Below, piece by piece: positions 61,005 to 64,000 of a stretch of DNA of 64,000 nt. Positions within the stretch are counted from its first letter, which is position 1. Each line of letters begins with the position of its first letter. The notes under the pieces are model-generated. The model had not been told where the DNA came from. It was given only the letters and a program-made list of their open reading frames with translations, and made no database searches. The position numbers were made by a program, and so were the translations under genes. The DNA is taken from assembly GCA_020137815.1 (NCBI GenBank), contig CM035354.1:2418001-2482000 (forward strand). The letters run 5' to 3'. Source of the stretch: Hormiphora californensis (taxonomy: Eukaryota; Animalia; Ctenophora).

Positions 61005-62901
61005 CTACATTCCAATGTCATATGCGTTGTTCGCATAACGGCCAGTGCAGTAGTGGTGTAACTGTCCGCTCTATATCCCCAAGTAGAGAGCTAGCCCCCA
61101 TTCTGAAGAGATGAGGGTGGAGCCATTCCTCACCTAGCTGCTCCTTCATAAAAACAAGCCATTGCAGGGAGTCCTTAGCAGTCCTGATACCTCCTATGTG
61201 TTGGGATAGAGGGTGTGAGAAAAAGGTGACTAATTAAGAAGAAGACCGGTCTTCTAATTTAGCCACCGGGTCTAGATCCCCCCACACACACATGACACAC
61301 ATGGCTTACCGGCAGGTTTGAATCCAACTTTAAATCCAGTATGCTCATGATAGTGTTTAATAGCACGGGTCATAATAAGGGCAACAGGGAAGGTAGCATT
61401 CACCGACTCCTTGCCAGTTGAAGTCTTGATAAAGTCGCTACCAGCCATCATACTGACCATGGACGCCCTGCAGAGATTGGAATGATATTACACAGTGCAG
61501 AAAAAGGAACCGACCGAAACAAGTAAACAGCCAATCAGAACTCGTTATTTAGGTCACGTGACTGGTTATCAGCCAATCAGGAACCAGTATTTCCTGATTC
61601 GGTCGGTTCCTGGCAGAAAATTAGGGGAAACTCCAGTTAAACAGAGTTGTTCTACAAGCTTGAATCCCAATTCCAATAAAATACCACTCCCCCCACCCCC
61701 CCCCCCCCCGGCCCCTGTCATCCCCATTACAACACCACACCCTGCCCAACCCCCGTTACCGGCCCACACTAACTTGTACACATAAAAACACCACACCCCC
61801 GTCCTCCACTAACTTGTACACATTCTCCATATCAGCAAGGTGACCAGTAGCGATGATAGTCTTCAGATGCGCCTCTCCACAGGCCTTCCTCAGCACCTTC
61901 ACCTCATCATACAACTCCTCCCATCTTCCCTCCAGAACCAGGGTCCGGTTGATCACAATATCTATCTCCATTGCACCCGCCTCAACTGCCAGTTCTACCT
62001 CCCTGATCCTAGTCTCCAGGGGTGTCTGGCCCTAATGGTGGTTGTGGTTTTGTCATGTTCTAACCCTCCCAAAAAGGGGGTCGAGCTAGGCAATTGTGGT
62101 TGTGGTTAAACAAGGAGGTGCAATGAAATTCTGATTTGACGACGCATATAATGACCGCCTTACACTTTTATCAATAACAGCGAAAGAGGACAACGGAAAG
62201 CCGTTTCCAAGAGAGAACTGATAAAAAGTCCCTACCTCGGGAAACCCGGCAGCAACAGAAGCAACAGGGATGTTACAGCCCAGTTGTTTCAGGGCGGCCC
62301 GTGCGTCTGCTACCCTACTCGGGTAGACACACACGGCAGCAGTTGTGATGTCATTGAATCCTAGCTGCTCCTTGACATCCTTTCGTACAGGGTGTTTAGC
62401 GTAGTGACACAACCTGATGAGAGGGGGGTTGATGGAGGGGGTTGATGGAAGGATGGGTTGGTATACAATATCGGGTGTTAGATTAATGGGTGGTTGCTGG
62501 AGGTATTGAAAATACAATCCGGCTCATCTCACAACTCTTTGCTGGAGGTATGCCAAGAACCGACCGACACAAGTAAACAGCCAATCAGAACTCGTTATTT
62601 AGGTCACGTGACTGGTTATCAGCCAATCATGGACCAGTATTTCCTGATTCGGTCGGTTCCTGAGGTATGCCAAGATTTGACCAGCTAACCTAAACACGTT
62701 GGCACTGGTATCATCACCAGCTAGAGTGGTTAGATCAATCAGGGATACTGCCTTCATCAACCAGGCAGCCTGGTATTCCTTCTTCAGAGCACGCCGTCCC
62801 TTCATAGCATTAGCTACCGCCACCACGGCTGGATAGTTAATATGGACATTGGAGATGAGGTCCTCGGAGAATGGGAGACCCGGGTTGCGTTCACACATCA
62901 T
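61005..62901 (-). CDS. DERA: Deoxyribose-phosphate aldolase
   Basis: Motifs [55 protein letters not shown] and FRMGASSLL. Apparent 1-nt frameshift near 61066. Confidence 0.93.
61505..61612. mobile_element. 109-bp hAT-type MITE copy in a DERA intron
   Basis: 8-bp TSD GCAGAAAA. Confidence 0.85.
62554..62662. mobile_element. 109-bp hAT-type MITE copy in DERA intron 1
   Basis: 8-bp TSD AGGTATGC. Confidence 0.85.
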
Positions 62902-63183
62902 AGCTGCAGGAGGGGTGATGAAGATATAACAACTGGGTGGTTTGGGCAGAACAACAACAACAACAAGGTAATAAACAGATCTCTGTAAATTAAATGAATG
63001 TGTTTATTTGAAAAATGTGAAACAATTATAAGGGTTTCATGCATTATATAAAAACTGATAAACTTTTATCGAAATTACTTCTTCCCCTCACTAAGTTCAT
63101 ATATTCTGGATATATAAACGCTTAGGAAAGCACGATACTGCAATATATGACGGCACATCATTATATCTGTTCAACATTATATA

Positions 63184-64000
63184 TCAAAGACATTCAGGTA
63201 CGGGTTTCTGTGCCGGAATTTCCCACAGTTTAATAGTATGATCATCGGAAACGGAAACTACAAAATTAGGATTTGTCGGGGATGCCTTCACCACGCTCAC
63301 CACATCCTCGTGCTCCTCCTTCTCACAGAGACAAGTTCGGTGCCGGTAATCAAATACCCGTATTGAGCCCATCTCATCAGAGCTGTAAAAGTAGGGATAG
63401 CAACTTGAGGGAAAGAGGAGGAAGAAACTGTCTGAATCAGTGAGCGCCTTGCCAGCGTTTACAGACCACAGGAGGTTAACCTCAAAATCAAACACTTTGA
63501 TAATTAAATCTTGACCGATAGTTGTCCGGGACTCATCAACCCATGGTCTGTAGTTCACTAACACTGTTCTAGCAGTGATATCAGACTCAATGCCCACTAT
63601 ACTCCCTCCAACACAACAGTGATACTGTTCTAATATACCAGCCACCTCCGAAACGGGCTCAGGAGACTCAGCAGCAGGAGGGTTGTTGTCATGGGGACGT
63701 GACTCCCCTACTTGGGGTGCCGTAGCTAACCCGCCATCACGTTGTGGGGGTGCCTCGGAGTGGGCAAACTTAATACACCGGATAACATGCGTGTGGATGA
63801 GCCGGTTATCATCGGCGTAGGATGTCGCGTAGAAGAGGAACACTTCAGTGAAATTCCGTGGTTCCCTAGCAACAGAAAACATACGAATGCTACACCGAGC
63901 CCTGTTTAAATCCTCAGAGAATATCAGCCGGTCTCTGGAAACATACCTCCTGGAAAGTTCATGAAGGTAGACATCTGTGACGGCCTCGTTAAAATTGTAA
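63184..64000 (-). CDS. FBXW5: FBXW5-like WD40 protein, 3' part (runs off the window)
   Basis: C-terminus VLVNYRPW..IKVFDF..KALTDSDSFFLLF..HEDVVSVVKASP..SVSDDHTIKLW is colinear with my recollection of the FBXW5 C-terminal WD repeats. Short intron at ~63902-63946. Confidence 0.65.
   Translation of the reverse strand, partial: YNFNEAVTDVYLHELSRRYVSRDRLIFSEDLNRARCSIRMFSVAREPRNFTEVFLFYATSYADDNRLIHTHVIRCIKFAHSEAPPQRDGGLATAPQVGESRPHDNNPPAAESPEPVSEVAGILEQYHCCVGGSIVGIESDITARTVLVNYRPWVDESRTTIGQDLIIKVFDFEVNLLWSVNAGKALTDSDSFFLLFPSSCYPYFYSSDEMGSIRVFDYRHRTCLCEKEEHEDVVSVVKASPTNPNFVVSVSDDHTIKLWEIPAQKPVPECL

Noticed and set aside
61495-61785. ORFs containing [17 protein letters not shown] (also 62494..62688)
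   Set aside because: They are translations of the 109-bp MITE bounded by 8-bp TSDs, antisense within DERA introns.

Overview
Eukaryotic, gene-dense, intron-containing animal DNA. It is probably ctenophore: the 109-bp '[13 protein letters not shown]' MITE resembles a repeat I recall from Pleurobrachia, but this is unverified. About 15 protein-coding genes can be reconstructed from GT-AG junctions and family motifs. In order: an Ig-domain membrane protein, a multi-exon C2H2 zinc-finger gene, an RD/RE-rich protein, a small death-domain-like protein, cyclin T head-to-head with ODF3/CIMAP1, an ELM2-SANT protein whose stop codon abuts that of a convergent intronless GPCR, DMAP1 carrying two inverted intronless divergent homeobox genes in intron 1, TBC1D5, MCRS1, DERA (with an apparent 1-nt frameshift in its tail) and a partial FBXW5-like gene. 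Introns and spacers are packed with palindromic non-autonomous DNA elements whose target-site duplications (TSDs) can be read directly (hAT-, Kolobok-, Academ-, MULE- and Tc1-like, plus a Helitron 3' end). The most unusual signals are (1) non-coding elements with split inverted repeats (A..A'-B..B'), a loxP-like internal junction and a conserved multi-hairpin module with strand-specific C(GNA/GNNA)G loops, one inserted precisely into another's junction, and (2) the nested inverted homeobox pair with an atypical recognition helix. All exon structures and homologies were read by eye, with no database searches.
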